A stretch of DNA of 64,000 bases. It comes from a virus. The stretch is from positions 32,001 to 96,000 of IMG/VR virus record IMGVR_UViG_3300009365_003824. The stretch is one strand, 5' to 3'. This document shows, piece by piece, positions 20,566 through 30,015 of the stretch (positions are counted from its first letter, which is position 1; every line of letters starts with the position of its first letter). Made by a program: the position numbers and the translations under genes. A model generated the notes under the pieces. It searched no databases. It was not told the origin of the DNA and was given only the letters and a program-made list of their open reading frames with translations.

Positions 20566-20835
20566 ATGAAATTCGATAAAAACACACTAGCAATTATTGC
20601 TTTGGCATTGGGTGCTGTCTGTGCTTATTTCTGGATGCAAGACCAAAAAGGAAATACGCCACCGCCACAACAACCTAATGCACAATCTCCATTTGGTCAA
20701 AATTGGATGCCGTCGCAGCAACAGGTTCCACCGGGACAGCCGCCGCAACAACAGGTTCCACCACAGTCACCACCGCAACAGGGGCCTCCGCAGCAAATGC
20801 CACCGGAACAGCCTTTTCCACCGAGAGGAGGGTGA
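20566..20835 (+). CDS. membrane-anchored Gln/Pro-rich protein
   Basis: SD AGGAGG; N-terminal hydrophobic helix, then QQVPP repeats. Confidence 0.7.
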   Translation: MKFDKNTLAIIALALGAVCAYFWMQDQKGNTPPPQQPNAQSPFGQNWMPSQQQVPPGQPPQQQVPPQSPPQQGPPQQMPPEQPFPPRGG

Positions 20836-20892
20836 AAGCCTGGGTTTTACACTAATCACGGTAGTTTACTAGATTGGAAGATATATAATTAA

Positions 20893-21051
20893 ATGGCATG
20901 TGGAAATTGTGGAAAAAAAGGCACAGTCAGAATGAGAACTTATGACTGGGAAAAGAGTCGCAAACGGGCTAAAGCTATCATCAAGCGAAAGCGTGAGATG
21001 AGTCATTATCATGCTAAGGCCCGAATGGTTTTCAATAAAATGCATTTGTGA
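20893..21051 (+). CDS. small basic Cys-N-terminal protein (not in the ORF track)
   Basis: MACGNCGKKGTVRMRTYDWEKSRKRAKAIIKRKREMSHYHAKARMVFNKMHL, 52 aa, 5 nt after a TATATA box. Confidence 0.6.
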   Translation: MACGNCGKKGTVRMRTYDWEKSRKRAKAIIKRKREMSHYHAKARMVFNKMHL

Positions 21052-21061
21052 GGTAAAAATT

Positions 21062-21310
21062 ATGGGATGTGGTTGTAATAAAAGTGTTCGTAGTACTGGT
21101 AGTAGAACCAAAATGACTGTAGCCAGGGCCAGCAGAGTTGTGTCATCTTCTAAAAGCACTAGAGCCAGCAGGATGATCCCTCAATCAGTGTTGAAACAAC
21201 AAGCTGCCAAGCAGGCTGAATTAGAACAAGGAACTTCCGCACTAGAAAAACAACGCAAGTTGAGAGACATAAGAAGAAGAATTATTGCTCAAAAACTAGG
21301 ACACCATTAG
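21062..21310 (+). CDS. small basic Cys-N-terminal protein
   Basis: MGCGCNKS.. start with SD GAGG. Confidence 0.65.
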   Translation: MGCGCNKSVRSTGSRTKMTVARASRVVSSSKSTRASRMIPQSVLKQQAAKQAELEQGTSALEKQRKLRDIRRRIIAQKLGHH

Positions 21311-22137
21311 TTTTCTGCCATGTTTACGGTGTCTTTCATATATGGCATTACCCAGTTGTTTGGATCAACCACAAGGTTGACTGAGGTATTGCTAAAGGAC
21401 CAGTAGAGCGTTTTGTTTTCCTCATACCAACAAATCTTCATCTCTTTTGGAACCAAAAATCCGTTCACTGATTGAAAGCTCAAGACTTCTGAACTTGCTA
21501 TTCCATTATCAGATAAGTCCAACAAATAGTGTCCTATTATTGCTTTTTTCTCTGCATCAATGAGAGTTATTTTCTTAACCCAATTGCCCGTTGAAGCACT
21601 CACTTTTCTTTCTTCAACTAGGATATATTTCTCATTTCTCTTGATTTTATCTGGCAGTTCTATTACCCCAACATTTAGACATTCTATCATCCACAAAGGG
21701 TGAAACGGGGTTTTAAGGCGTGTCTTGTGAAGACTTGCGTGTTCTGAATAATACAGCGCAGGAGGCTTCATACGCCTTGACCAGAACCAAAATATGTTAT
21801 TAGTTGAGCCGACATCTAATTCTCTTCCAGTGATAGAATTAGCAAGCATCCTAAAATTAAGATCCTTTTCGTAGGCAATGGAACCTCTAAGATTGAAGGG
21901 GCTATCAACTATGTCTATGGCAACATCTGTTTTCATTGTCCTCAGCAGTTTATTGTGAGCATTTATTTCGTGAAATAATTGCAACACCTTTTGCTTCTCT
22001 GAGGTTTCTTGTGGCTCTAAATTGGCAACACCACCAGCACTCAAATAATGAGAAGAAGGTGGTGATCCCTGGAAATTAATATACCAGAAAAACACAATTG
22101 CCAAAATCATTATGGTTATTACTAAAATCTTCTGCAA
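21307..22137 (-). CDS. exported protein, LolA/lipoprotein-sorting-like fold (tentative)
   Basis: N-terminal TM/signal; ELDVGS...FWFWS and C-terminal VPKE.KI.W pattern. Confidence 0.5.
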   Translation of the reverse strand: MQKILVITIMILAIVFFWYINFQGSPPSSHYLSAGGVANLEPQETSEKQKVLQLFHEINAHNKLLRTMKTDVAIDIVDSPFNLRGSIAYEKDLNFRMLANSITGRELDVGSTNNIFWFWSRRMKPPALYYSEHASLHKTRLKTPFHPLWMIECLNVGVIELPDKIKRNEKYILVEERKVSASTGNWVKKITLIDAEKKAIIGHYLLDLSDNGIASSEVLSFQSVNGFLVPKEMKICWYEENKTLYWSFSNTSVNLVVDPNNWVMPYMKDTVNMAEN

Positions 22138-22547
22138 CGGTAGTACCTCACACCAAAACAGCCCAACAACCTTCGCAAGGGTCGTCTATGACGTATATAC
22201 TTAAATGGTCTACATCTATGACGAGTAACGCATGGTTTTTTAACACAAGTGGGCGTTTCCACGAAGGTATTACAAATTAACAACCCTTCTCCGTTTGAAG
22301 GGGTGAATTCCTGATAAGGGACATATTCGATGTATTCATCTTCATATTCCCTTAGTTCCAATCCAATTAAAGGTTCTTCATTAGGTTTCCTTGAAGAAAA
22401 ATCACATAATTCCAAACCCACGATTTGATGATTGGTGTTTGCCACAACCGCTCTTTTTGGCGGTATATTCAAAATATGTTCTGTAATATAAGGCAGGTTC
22501 ATCAATGCGGCCAGAAATACCGCAATTCCTGCGAGCGTGTTTTTCAT
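22122..22547 (-). CDS. hypothetical protein with signal-like N-terminus and Arg/Cys-rich tail
   Basis: SD GGAGG; hydrophobic N-terminus. Confidence 0.5.
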   Translation of the reverse strand: MKNTLAGIAVFLAALMNLPYITEHILNIPPKRAVVANTNHQIVGLELCDFSSRKPNEEPLIGLELREYEDEYIEYVPYQEFTPSNGEGLLICNTFVETPTCVKKPCVTRHRCRPFKYIRHRRPLRRLLGCFGVRYYRCRRF

Positions 22548-22623
22548 AGAGTCCCTCCCAAAAAATACGTTCGTTATTATATATATCCTTACTGAGCTTG
22601 GTTTTTACGTTGGAGAAAAAAAC

Positions 22624-23391
22624 ATGTTATCATACGAAAAATGGAAAGTGATTAGTGAGTCTATGGGTGGAGCAATTCCTCTTGGTATTAAAACTCCCGA
22701 AACTATCGGAGTGGTTGGAAATATCACAGAGCCAGTTGAGCCTCTTGACTTTGAAGCTGAACTTGAGGAAGCTAAGAAATGCCTTAAGAAAAAAATGGAC
22801 GGCGACGTTCCATCTCCTGATGATGAAGGTGGAGATAAGCCTCCTTTCCTTAAGAAAAAAGGAAGTCCAGATGATGCCGAAGCCGATGATGGCGGCGAAG
22901 AACCGGGCGGCGATGAAGATGAAAGCGGCGATGAGCCTTCAGGTGATGCTGATGCTGGTTCCGATGACTCTTCTGATTCCGATTCCGATTCCAGTGGTGA
23001 CGATGAAAAAGTAGATCCAAAAGCAAAACCCACTTTATTCCAAAAGAAAAAGCAAAAGAAGGGCATGAAGAAGAATATGAAAAAGGAAGACAACGAATTC
23101 CTTAGTCGCTTCAAAAGCCTGCATAAGCAATTGGGATATGATCCTAACCAAAGACATTGGGATGGACTTAGTGAAGATGCTGTATATCCCGAATCAGACC
23201 CGAATCAAGGTCTGGCTGATATACAACCGGAAGTACCAGACAATCCGCAGCCCGGTGAAGTAGGATTTTCTCCTTACAGTAAAGTGGCAGGTTTGGGTGC
23301 TGAATATGAAGAGTCTACAAAAAATCTTGTAGATGCCATACTCAACGACTCAAGAGTGCCAGAAGAAGTTAAAAATGATTTGCGTGGTTAA
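22624..23391 (+). CDS. acidic/basic low-complexity protein, probable internal head protein
   Basis: MLSYEKWKVISE start with SD GGAG; D/S/G-rich tract plus KKKQKKGMKKNMKK. Confidence 0.65.
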   Translation: MLSYEKWKVISESMGGAIPLGIKTPETIGVVGNITEPVEPLDFEAELEEAKKCLKKKMDGDVPSPDDEGGDKPPFLKKKGSPDDAEADDGGEEPGGDEDESGDEPSGDADAGSDDSSDSDSDSSGDDEKVDPKAKPTLFQKKKQKKGMKKNMKKEDNEFLSRFKSLHKQLGYDPNQRHWDGLSEDAVYPESDPNQGLADIQPEVPDNPQPGEVGFSPYSKVAGLGAEYEESTKNLVDAILNDSRVPEEVKNDLRG

Positions 23392-24305
23392 ATATAATCG
23401 CGTATTCCGTCCATAAGACTATACTCAGGGGAAAAGCCCAAGATTTCTTGGGCTTTTTTCATGTCTGTATGAACATTGTCTTGGTAGGTCTTTGGATCGG
23501 GATTTTCAACATATTCAATTTTCTTAAATGGCTCTCTGGGTCGTGGCATCTTCGTCTTTAAATGCAGTTGTAATGCCCCTACAACCTCATTGAAGCTAAT
23601 AGGATCGCCAGTTGCACAATTAAATATAGCAGTTCCATTGAATTCAGCAGCAAGCAGGTTGGCTCTTACCGCATCTTTCACATAAAGCCACTCTCTTTTT
23701 TCTTCCCCATTTCCGAACAATACAGGGGCTTCGCCTCGTTTTATTTTATTGGCCAGCTTTGTAATCATGCTCATTCTAGGCCCTTTGTGCTCTTCTCCTG
23801 GGCCATACACATTGCAGTATCTCAAACCTACAATTGAAATGTCGGGATGTCTTGAGGCAAATGATATTGCGTATTGATCTAGCCTATATTTGGACATTCC
23901 ATAGACATTCAGTGGATTACATTCGTCTGTTTCTTTGAATGGGTCGTGATCTTTGGTGAATCCTCTACCATAGACAGCAGTTGATGAGGCATAAACGAAT
24001 TTACAACAATTGCTGTTTAGTTTGAGTGCGTTAAAAAGATCCGTAGTTGCATATAGATTTGAACGCAACATTAAGTTATGATCGGTCTCTGTTGTCTTGT
24101 TGTTGGCGGCTTGGTGGAAACAAACATCCACCCCCTCGACACGTCGCCAATCTATGCCATTCAAATCGTGTGGCAAAAATTCGGTTCCTTCAGGAACTCT
24201 TTCAGGACAACTCCCAGTAACTAGAACCTCATGGCCTTGTTTTACAAGTTCTGAAGCTAAGTGGTGTCCAACGAAGCCCGTTCCGCCAGTAACTAATGCT
24301 TTCAT
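23388..24305 (-). CDS. NAD-dependent epimerase, ADP-L-glycero-D-manno-heptose-6-epimerase-like
   Basis: TGGTGFVG, YASSTAVYG, YGMSK, NVYGPGEEHKG.RMS (HldD-like). Confidence 0.8.
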   Translation of the reverse strand: MKALVTGGTGFVGHHLASELVKQGHEVLVTGSCPERVPEGTEFLPHDLNGIDWRRVEGVDVCFHQAANNKTTETDHNLMLRSNLYATTDLFNALKLNSNCCKFVYASSTAVYGRGFTKDHDPFKETDECNPLNVYGMSKYRLDQYAISFASRHPDISIVGLRYCNVYGPGEEHKGPRMSMITKLANKIKRGEAPVLFGNGEEKREWLYVKDAVRANLLAAEFNGTAIFNCATGDPISFNEVVGALQLHLKTKMPRPREPFKKIEYVENPDPKTYQDNVHTDMKKAQEILGFSPEYSLMDGIRDYI

Positions 24306-24341
24306 GATCGCCTCTATTTATGTTGGTTTAATAGAGGGAAG

Positions 24342-24494
24342 TTATTGTTTTTTTGAATGAAATACTTCGGGACGGGGTGCCCATTGGGGGCCTTTTCGCT
24401 CTTTTCCACCAACTCTGAGACGATCCATCTTGTCAGTTATTTCTTTTTTATTTATACTCTGTTCTTGGAGAGCTAACCATTGCTTAAAAGTCAT
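24342..24494 (-). CDS. 50-aa protein with capsid-targeting-like N-terminus (not in the ORF track)
   Basis: MTFKQWLALQEQSINKKEITDKMDRLRVGGKERKGPQWAPRPEVFHSKKQ; TAGATA box 5 nt upstream. Confidence 0.65.
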   Translation of the reverse strand: MTFKQWLALQEQSINKKEITDKMDRLRVGGKERKGPQWAPRPEVFHSKKQ

Positions 24495-24504
24495 ATGAGT
24501 ATCT

Positions 24505-25197
24505 ATGGACACAATCAAGCATTTTGAAAATTACATCAAAGCAGGGTTTCAAGTTATCCCTTTGCATCCCAATACTAAAATTCCAATTGGCAAGAAGTGG
24601 AATGAAAATTGGAGTGAAAGAGGCGCACGTAGTCTCTTTCAATTTCACGTTGGAGCCAATTTAGGAATTTTACTGGGAACTGTTGTTGATGTTGAAGGCG
24701 ATACCATTGAAGCTAATGAATTGATTGATGAACTGATCGGTGATTATCCTCACCCTTCATATCGGGGTTCCAAGTCAACTCACCACTTATTTCAGAATCC
24801 AGATAAGGGTTTGACTAGAATATCCAAAAATGGAATTGAATTCAGGGCTTTCAAGCACCAATCTGTCCTTCCTCCTAGCATCCACCCAGATGGCTCTCAA
24901 TACAAGTGGTTGACTGACTTTTTTCCTATACCACCAATGCCTCCCGCTCTATTGGAGCTATATGGTGAATTTCAAGCAGTACCAAAAACGTGTCCTCCGA
25001 GGAAGCCGAGACATGATTTAATCATAATCCAGTGTCCTTGTTGTCATAAGAAAATAAAGATGAATCGCACGCGGTATAAACGAGAAAAGGCCGCTTTTAG
25101 GGAGAGGCGGGAAGAGTGGTGTTGCTCTAAGTGTAGAAGATTTGATATTCGTCCTTCATGTAGAAGGATCAAAAAACAGATGCGACTTAATAAATAA
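24505..25197 (+). CDS. bifunctional primase-polymerase (Prim-Pol) domain protein with C-terminal zinc finger
   Basis: GFQVIPL...K.P, NLGILLG.VVDVE, HHLF, VLPPSIHPDG..Y.W; CPCC..CCSKC. Confidence 0.85.
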   Translation: MDTIKHFENYIKAGFQVIPLHPNTKIPIGKKWNENWSERGARSLFQFHVGANLGILLGTVVDVEGDTIEANELIDELIGDYPHPSYRGSKSTHHLFQNPDKGLTRISKNGIEFRAFKHQSVLPPSIHPDGSQYKWLTDFFPIPPMPPALLELYGEFQAVPKTCPPRKPRHDLIIIQCPCCHKKIKMNRTRYKREKAAFRERREEWCCSKCRRFDIRPSCRRIKKQMRLNK

Positions 25198-25201
25198 CAT
25201 C

Positions 25202-25498
25202 ATGGATTTCAAGACATTTTTTTATAAAATAGCCCCTTCTGAAAAAGAGAGGGCAGCGATACAGAAGTATCAACAAGGCACTCCAGTAATGGATATTGTT
25301 CAGGAGTTTGGATTTACTTCTATGGGTAAATTCTATGAGATGCTAAAGGAAAATGGCATTGGAGCTAATCGTTTAAAACAAAAACATGAGTTAATTGGCT
25401 ATTTCCACAATGGTGGCTATAACACGCACCAGATAGCTGATTTGGTTGATATGTCAGAACGAGCCGTTCGAGATTTTGTTCGCAAATTAAGAGACTAA
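25202..25498 (+). CDS. HTH DNA-binding protein
   Basis: MDFKTFF start; YNTHQIADLVDMSERAVRDF HTH. Confidence 0.7.
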   Translation: MDFKTFFYKIAPSEKERAAIQKYQQGTPVMDIVQEFGFTSMGKFYEMLKENGIGANRLKQKHELIGYFHNGGYNTHQIADLVDMSERAVRDFVRKLRD

Positions 25499-25499
25499 C

Positions 25500-26354
25500 A
25501 TGCCAATAAAAGAAGAGATAGTTTGGGTATTATCTGGTGGCCGCTCCAATCGTAATGTAAATGATTCCTTGGGCGGTGAGCCTTCTACTACAATCATAAT
25601 GGATGGATTAAATAATCTTTTTGATGATGTAACCCGCTTAGAGATGAAACGAGGTAATGTAGACTATCGTTGTTTTTATGTTAAAAATGGCTCTAAACAA
25701 ACTTGGCAAAACATCCAGGTTTACATCAAAAGTCAAGTAGAAGATGGGGCTTTTGGGTATTTGGGAGTAGGTTTAGCAGATGAAGAACAACAATTCAGCG
25801 TAATCGCTGATGCTGATGTTACAGGTGGTTATTTTACTTTTGATTTTGACACTGATCTTAATGTTCGAGTTGATCACGATAGTGATTTAGATACATGGGC
25901 TGCTAACTTTGAAACAGCCCTTAAAGGAATCAGGCAGTTAAGAGATGTTCAGGTTACTGGCCATTATTTCCCAGATCATTCTACTCCATATTATCAAAAC
26001 AAAACATTTTACACTTTTAGAATTTTATTTTTAGGTCGTGACGGCAAGAGAAATCAATCTCTAATTGAACCAAATCAAAACAATATCACTGGAATTAACG
26101 TTAATTTATCTTCAGATAAAGTCATTTCTGGTGCCCCTTGTAATTCTGTAGCAGTCCAAGTAGCGGCAGAAAACCAACGCCCTGATAATGTGGTTTTTAA
26201 CCTGACCAGTAGGGATGCACCTATCCAGTTAGGAGATTTAAAACCTGATGAATATGTGCCAATTTGGTTGATGCGTGAGAATTTTCCTGATGACACTGAA
26301 AAAAGAAATGATAAAATTACAGTTGCTATTCGAGGCGCATCGACTGTAATATAA
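25500..26354 (+). CDS. probable virion structural protein
   Basis: LSGG..N.....SLGG..S....L..LFDDV...E...G..DYRC.Y..N and GDL.P.EYVPIWL pattern seen in phage structural proteins. Confidence 0.55.
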   Translation: MPIKEEIVWVLSGGRSNRNVNDSLGGEPSTTIIMDGLNNLFDDVTRLEMKRGNVDYRCFYVKNGSKQTWQNIQVYIKSQVEDGAFGYLGVGLADEEQQFSVIADADVTGGYFTFDFDTDLNVRVDHDSDLDTWAANFETALKGIRQLRDVQVTGHYFPDHSTPYYQNKTFYTFRILFLGRDGKRNQSLIEPNQNNITGINVNLSSDKVISGAPCNSVAVQVAAENQRPDNVVFNLTSRDAPIQLGDLKPDEYVPIWLMRENFPDDTEKRNDKITVAIRGASTVI

Positions 26355-26379
26355 CTCTTTTAGTGTAGGAGAAATATAA

Positions 26380-26994
26380 ATGAAATGTCCAGTCACAGGG
26401 AAAATGTGTCCCAAGCCTAGAGTTTATCACGTTACTGAAATAGAAGATGGGACGGCATCTAAGCAATTAGATTTATGCCCTGATTGCTTTGCAGCCTATG
26501 TAAAGAAAGAACCAGTAGAGAAAGAACCAGAGCCACAACTTCCTGATTTGCCAAATTTAAAAAATCTCACTCCTCAAGTAGCAGATGAATTTGTGCAAGA
26601 CATGATGACGTTTGTAGAGAAAATCGTACAAAAACACCAACCTTTGGTTGTTCCACAAGATTTAAAAACATGCAAGTGCGGTTCAACGACCCTTGATATA
26701 GCTAAAACTGGAAAAATGGGATGTCCAGAGTGTTATAAAACATTTGAGGAAGAAATGCAGCCTGTGATATTCAATGCGCATTCTGGCCCTAATTCATCGG
26801 AACAAATTGAACACGTAGGGAAAAAACCCAAAAACTGGACCCCACCAGCACCACCACCTGAATCTCCAAAAATGAAAATGGTGAAACTGAACTATAAAAT
26901 GAAAATGGCCATTCAAGAAGAAGATTATGAATATGCTGCTAGGCTTAGAGATGAAATTAAAAAAATAACAGATGGACTAAAATCGGAAGATTAA
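26380..26994 (+). CDS. McsA-like protein (CxxC motifs plus UVR domain)
   Basis: HVTEI.DG....LDLCPDC, CKCG.T...I.KTGKMGCPECY..F, H.GK.P, AIQEEDYEYAARLRDEIK. Confidence 0.8.
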   Translation: MKCPVTGKMCPKPRVYHVTEIEDGTASKQLDLCPDCFAAYVKKEPVEKEPEPQLPDLPNLKNLTPQVADEFVQDMMTFVEKIVQKHQPLVVPQDLKTCKCGSTTLDIAKTGKMGCPECYKTFEEEMQPVIFNAHSGPNSSEQIEHVGKKPKNWTPPAPPPESPKMKMVKLNYKMKMAIQEEDYEYAARLRDEIKKITDGLKSED

Positions 26995-28040
26995 CCTTCT
27001 GGCAGTTCTTCTTTTAACTCCTCATCTTTGTGGGTCTCAATATATTTTAAAAACTCTCTTGGATCAATAATTCCAAATCCTTGGAAGAACTTTTTGCCAG
27101 CTTGATGTTTGTTGGCAATGTGAACTGTGTGTTCTTTCAGCAAAGCCCTGATGCCATCTACAGATTGTAACGCGCACTCTCCCTTAGCAATTAATTGACA
27201 ATCATCTCCACATATTTTGCAATCTAATTTTTGCTCTTTAGCATAAGACAACAATAATGCTGTGCATCCTACAGCAAAAGGAGCAGACTGTGAAGTGCCA
27301 GACATGACACCATACCAATCATCGGGAATACAACTTTGAATCTTACCACCTGGAGCCATGAAATCCAACATCTTACCAGTGTTGCTGAAATTAGAACGGG
27401 TGAAGTTTTTGTTAATTGAGCCTATGGCTATAGTTTCAGGATAGCGTGCTGGGTAATAAATCTCCTTGATTTTCCCAGCATTGCCTGCTGCGCAGAATAC
27501 GGGCACTCCTTTTTTTGTAGCATATTGAATAGCTTTTCTTACTTGTTGTAAGGGAAATGGTGCCCCTAGAGACATAGAAATAATATCTGCCCCATTATCT
27601 ACAGCAAACCTGATTCCTTTCGCTACATTAACAAGATCACCATCGCCAAATGAATCTAAAATCTTGACAGGCATTCCTTTAGCTTCTGGTGCGACACCTA
27701 TAATACCCACACCATTCTCGCCTGCGCACACAACCCCCATACAGTGCGTGCCGTGTCCGTTATCATCATGCGGCGGCTTTTTGGGATTAAGAATGTTGGC
27801 CCCTTTGGGCACGATTAAATTATCAACTAAATCAGGGTGATCTAGATCACAACCACTGTCTAAGATAGCAACGGTCACGCCTTTGCCTCTTGAATACTTC
27901 CATGCATTGGGAAGATCAAAGGCGGTTATTTGCCACCCTGGCCTATCCCCAGCTTGTTGTGCAGAAAGCGTCTCTACTATTTCAAAGGGAGGTAAAGAAC
28001 AGTGTCTTTTATTCGCCATCTCCTGCTTCTTCTTGTTCAT
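26991..28040 (-). CDS. subtilisin-family (S8) serine protease
   Basis: ILDSG, HGTHCMG, AAGN, SGTSQSAP catalytic motifs. Confidence 0.9.
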   Translation of the reverse strand: MNKKKQEMANKRHCSLPPFEIVETLSAQQAGDRPGWQITAFDLPNAWKYSRGKGVTVAILDSGCDLDHPDLVDNLIVPKGANILNPKKPPHDDNGHGTHCMGVVCAGENGVGIIGVAPEAKGMPVKILDSFGDGDLVNVAKGIRFAVDNGADIISMSLGAPFPLQQVRKAIQYATKKGVPVFCAAGNAGKIKEIYYPARYPETIAIGSINKNFTRSNFSNTGKMLDFMAPGGKIQSCIPDDWYGVMSGTSQSAPFAVGCTALLLSYAKEQKLDCKICGDDCQLIAKGECALQSVDGIRALLKEHTVHIANKHQAGKKFFQGFGIIDPREFLKYIETHKDEELKEELPEG

Positions 28041-28452
28041 CTTCCCTCCATAGACCATCTCGGTATTTTTGAACCATAAAATCTATCACATAGGAGATCC
28101 ACACGTAAATTATTAGATGCTTAACTCTCCCTGCTATTGGCTTTAGCCAAATTGGCAATACTTCTTTTATGACATGATCATATAGTATTTCTATTGCCCT
28201 TAACACCGTTGCTTTTTTATCTGGACTGTCTAAATCTACAAATTTATCAACTCTTAGAATTAATTCATCCACACAGTTGATTAAGAAAGAAACGGCCACC
28301 ATTAAACCATTGCGGCCCTTCTTCCAGAATTCCCACCATCTTTTTTGTGGTACGGGATTCTCCTCATTCCATTGCTCTGCTAACTTGAGAATCTCAGGTT
28401 CCAGCGCTGTAGTTGCCCTTCCAATAGGATTGGCTTGTGCTACTGCTTTCAT
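28009..28452 (-). CDS. hypothetical, possibly membrane-associated protein
   Basis: start MKAVAQ with SD AGGAGG; RWWEFWKK and hydrophobic C-terminal helix. Confidence 0.6.
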   Translation of the reverse strand: MKAVAQANPIGRATTALEPEILKLAEQWNEENPVPQKRWWEFWKKGRNGLMVAVSFLINCVDELILRVDKFVDLDSPDKKATVLRAIEILYDHVIKEVLPIWLKPIAGRVKHLIIYVWISYVIDFMVQKYRDGLWREDEQEEAGDGE

Positions 28453-28495
28453 AATGGTATCCTCCTGTGTGTATATATTATTATGAGGTTGTGAA

Positions 28496-29401
28496 ATGAA
28501 AATATTATTCGTTACAGGTGGGGGCATTGGCAACATCATTCAAGCCACCCCAACCATCAAAGCCCTTGCTATTGAAGGACATAAGGTGGATCTTCGGCTT
28601 CACTGTAATAGTGGCGCAGACATTCGAGAGGTTTTCAATATCCCCAGTGTTCGACAGGTTTTTATAGATAAAGAACCCAAAGGCAATTATGATTGTGAGA
28701 TGCGAGGGCTTTTCATTCCAAGCAGCCTTCATGGTGCTAAAAAAACAGTTAAATGCAAAATAAGCTACGCTCAACATATCCCAGAATCAGAAGTTTATTA
28801 CAGCCTTGCAAAACAAATCGGAATCAAAGCCCCTATGGGAGATTGCGAAATAAATGTAGGTCAAAATGGGCCTATCCCAGAACACAAACACACAGTTGCT
28901 ATTTATCCTGGTTCAAAATACAACTGGGCAATGAAAAGATGGGATAAATACGATGAATTAGCCAAAAAATTCAAACATGTAGCAGTGGTTGGAACAGATA
29001 AAGACATTAACACGCATGGGAATCCCACATGGATTACTCGTTCTTGGAAATGGCCTAAGCATGTGAGATTTGCAAAAGACCCTCAACTTGTGAATGTGGC
29101 TCATTTTATTTCTAAATGCGACATGTTTATTGGCAATGATGGCGGGTTGGCTCATGTAGCAGCCGCTACTGGGATACCCACCTTTGTCCTGTTCGGTCCA
29201 TCATCGGATGTTAAAAATAAACCTAAAGCCCACAAGGCACATGTGGTAGCCATCAACTTGCCTTGTCGCCCATGTCAGTTTAAGAAAAAAAATGGAAAGT
29301 CTATTTTTGATGGCAATATAGGCAATTGCTATTTAAACATGAAGTGCATGAATGATATGTCCGTTGATTTTGTATTGAAACAAATGCGTGCTCAAATGTA
29401 A
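28496..29401 (+). CDS. glycosyltransferase family 9 (heptosyltransferase-like)
   Basis: GGIGNII.ATP, PGS.....KRW, FIGNDGGLAHVAAA.G.PTFVLFGP, CRPC. Confidence 0.9.
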   Translation: MKILFVTGGGIGNIIQATPTIKALAIEGHKVDLRLHCNSGADIREVFNIPSVRQVFIDKEPKGNYDCEMRGLFIPSSLHGAKKTVKCKISYAQHIPESEVYYSLAKQIGIKAPMGDCEINVGQNGPIPEHKHTVAIYPGSKYNWAMKRWDKYDELAKKFKHVAVVGTDKDINTHGNPTWITRSWKWPKHVRFAKDPQLVNVAHFISKCDMFIGNDGGLAHVAAATGIPTFVLFGPSSDVKNKPKAHKAHVVAINLPCRPCQFKKKNGKSIFDGNIGNCYLNMKCMNDMSVDFVLKQMRAQM

Positions 29402-30015
29402 TTGTGTTTTTCTAGCCACCAACCAAATTCATCTTCTATTAAGTTTATAGATTCCTCGGAAAGCACATTTTTGTAACTGCTTGGCCTACCATTAGTTCCT
29501 TTGGTAATATGGTTGGGGTGCAACTGAGTGATTTGACTCATTTGTTTTTTAGGAATAATTAATCCTTCAACTTTCTTATGAACTTTTTTTGGATCAACAA
29601 TTAGGTCTAATTTTCTAAGAATTGAAGTGAGGGTTCTGACTTTATTGAAATACATCTTCTCGTATCTAATTTCTAAATGAGAGTATTTCTTCCAAGGAGT
29701 GTGTTCTCTATTAACTACTCGTTTTACATACTTAACAACTTCTTCAGGTGTGTTTTCGATTAATTTTCTACGAACTGCTGAAGCTGCTATGTCTCGTAAA
29801 TCTCTTGTTGTAGTGAAAATGCGATAGGCGTGTTTGTGTTGTTTTAAAAAGTTGTGAGTTTTAATGACATGGTATTCTTCTCTTCTTGTGGAATCATACT
29901 CATTGTGAAAGCAAGAATAGAAAGGGATTTGAGCTTCCCGCAAAGAAAGCCTCAATGCATTAAATAGCCAAGTGCTTCCCGAACGATGACACCCAGCACA
30001 GATTATTTTTCGCAT
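29392..30015 (-). CDS. sulfotransferase-like protein
   Basis: G.HRSGSTWL (5'-PSB), KTH, RDLRDIAAS (3'-PB), IRYE. Confidence 0.8.
   Translation of the reverse strand: MRKIICAGCHRSGSTWLFNALRLSLREAQIPFYSCFHNEYDSTRREEYHVIKTHNFLKQHKHAYRIFTTTRDLRDIAASAVRRKLIENTPEEVVKYVKRVVNREHTPWKKYSHLEIRYEKMYFNKVRTLTSILRKLDLIVDPKKVHKKVEGLIIPKKQMSQITQLHPNHITKGTNGRPSSYKNVLSEESINLIEDEFGWWLEKHNYI

Noticed and set aside
24370-24410. GC-rich patch as an ncRNA or terminator
   Set aside because: Explained by the minus-strand 50-aa ORF; the stem is poor
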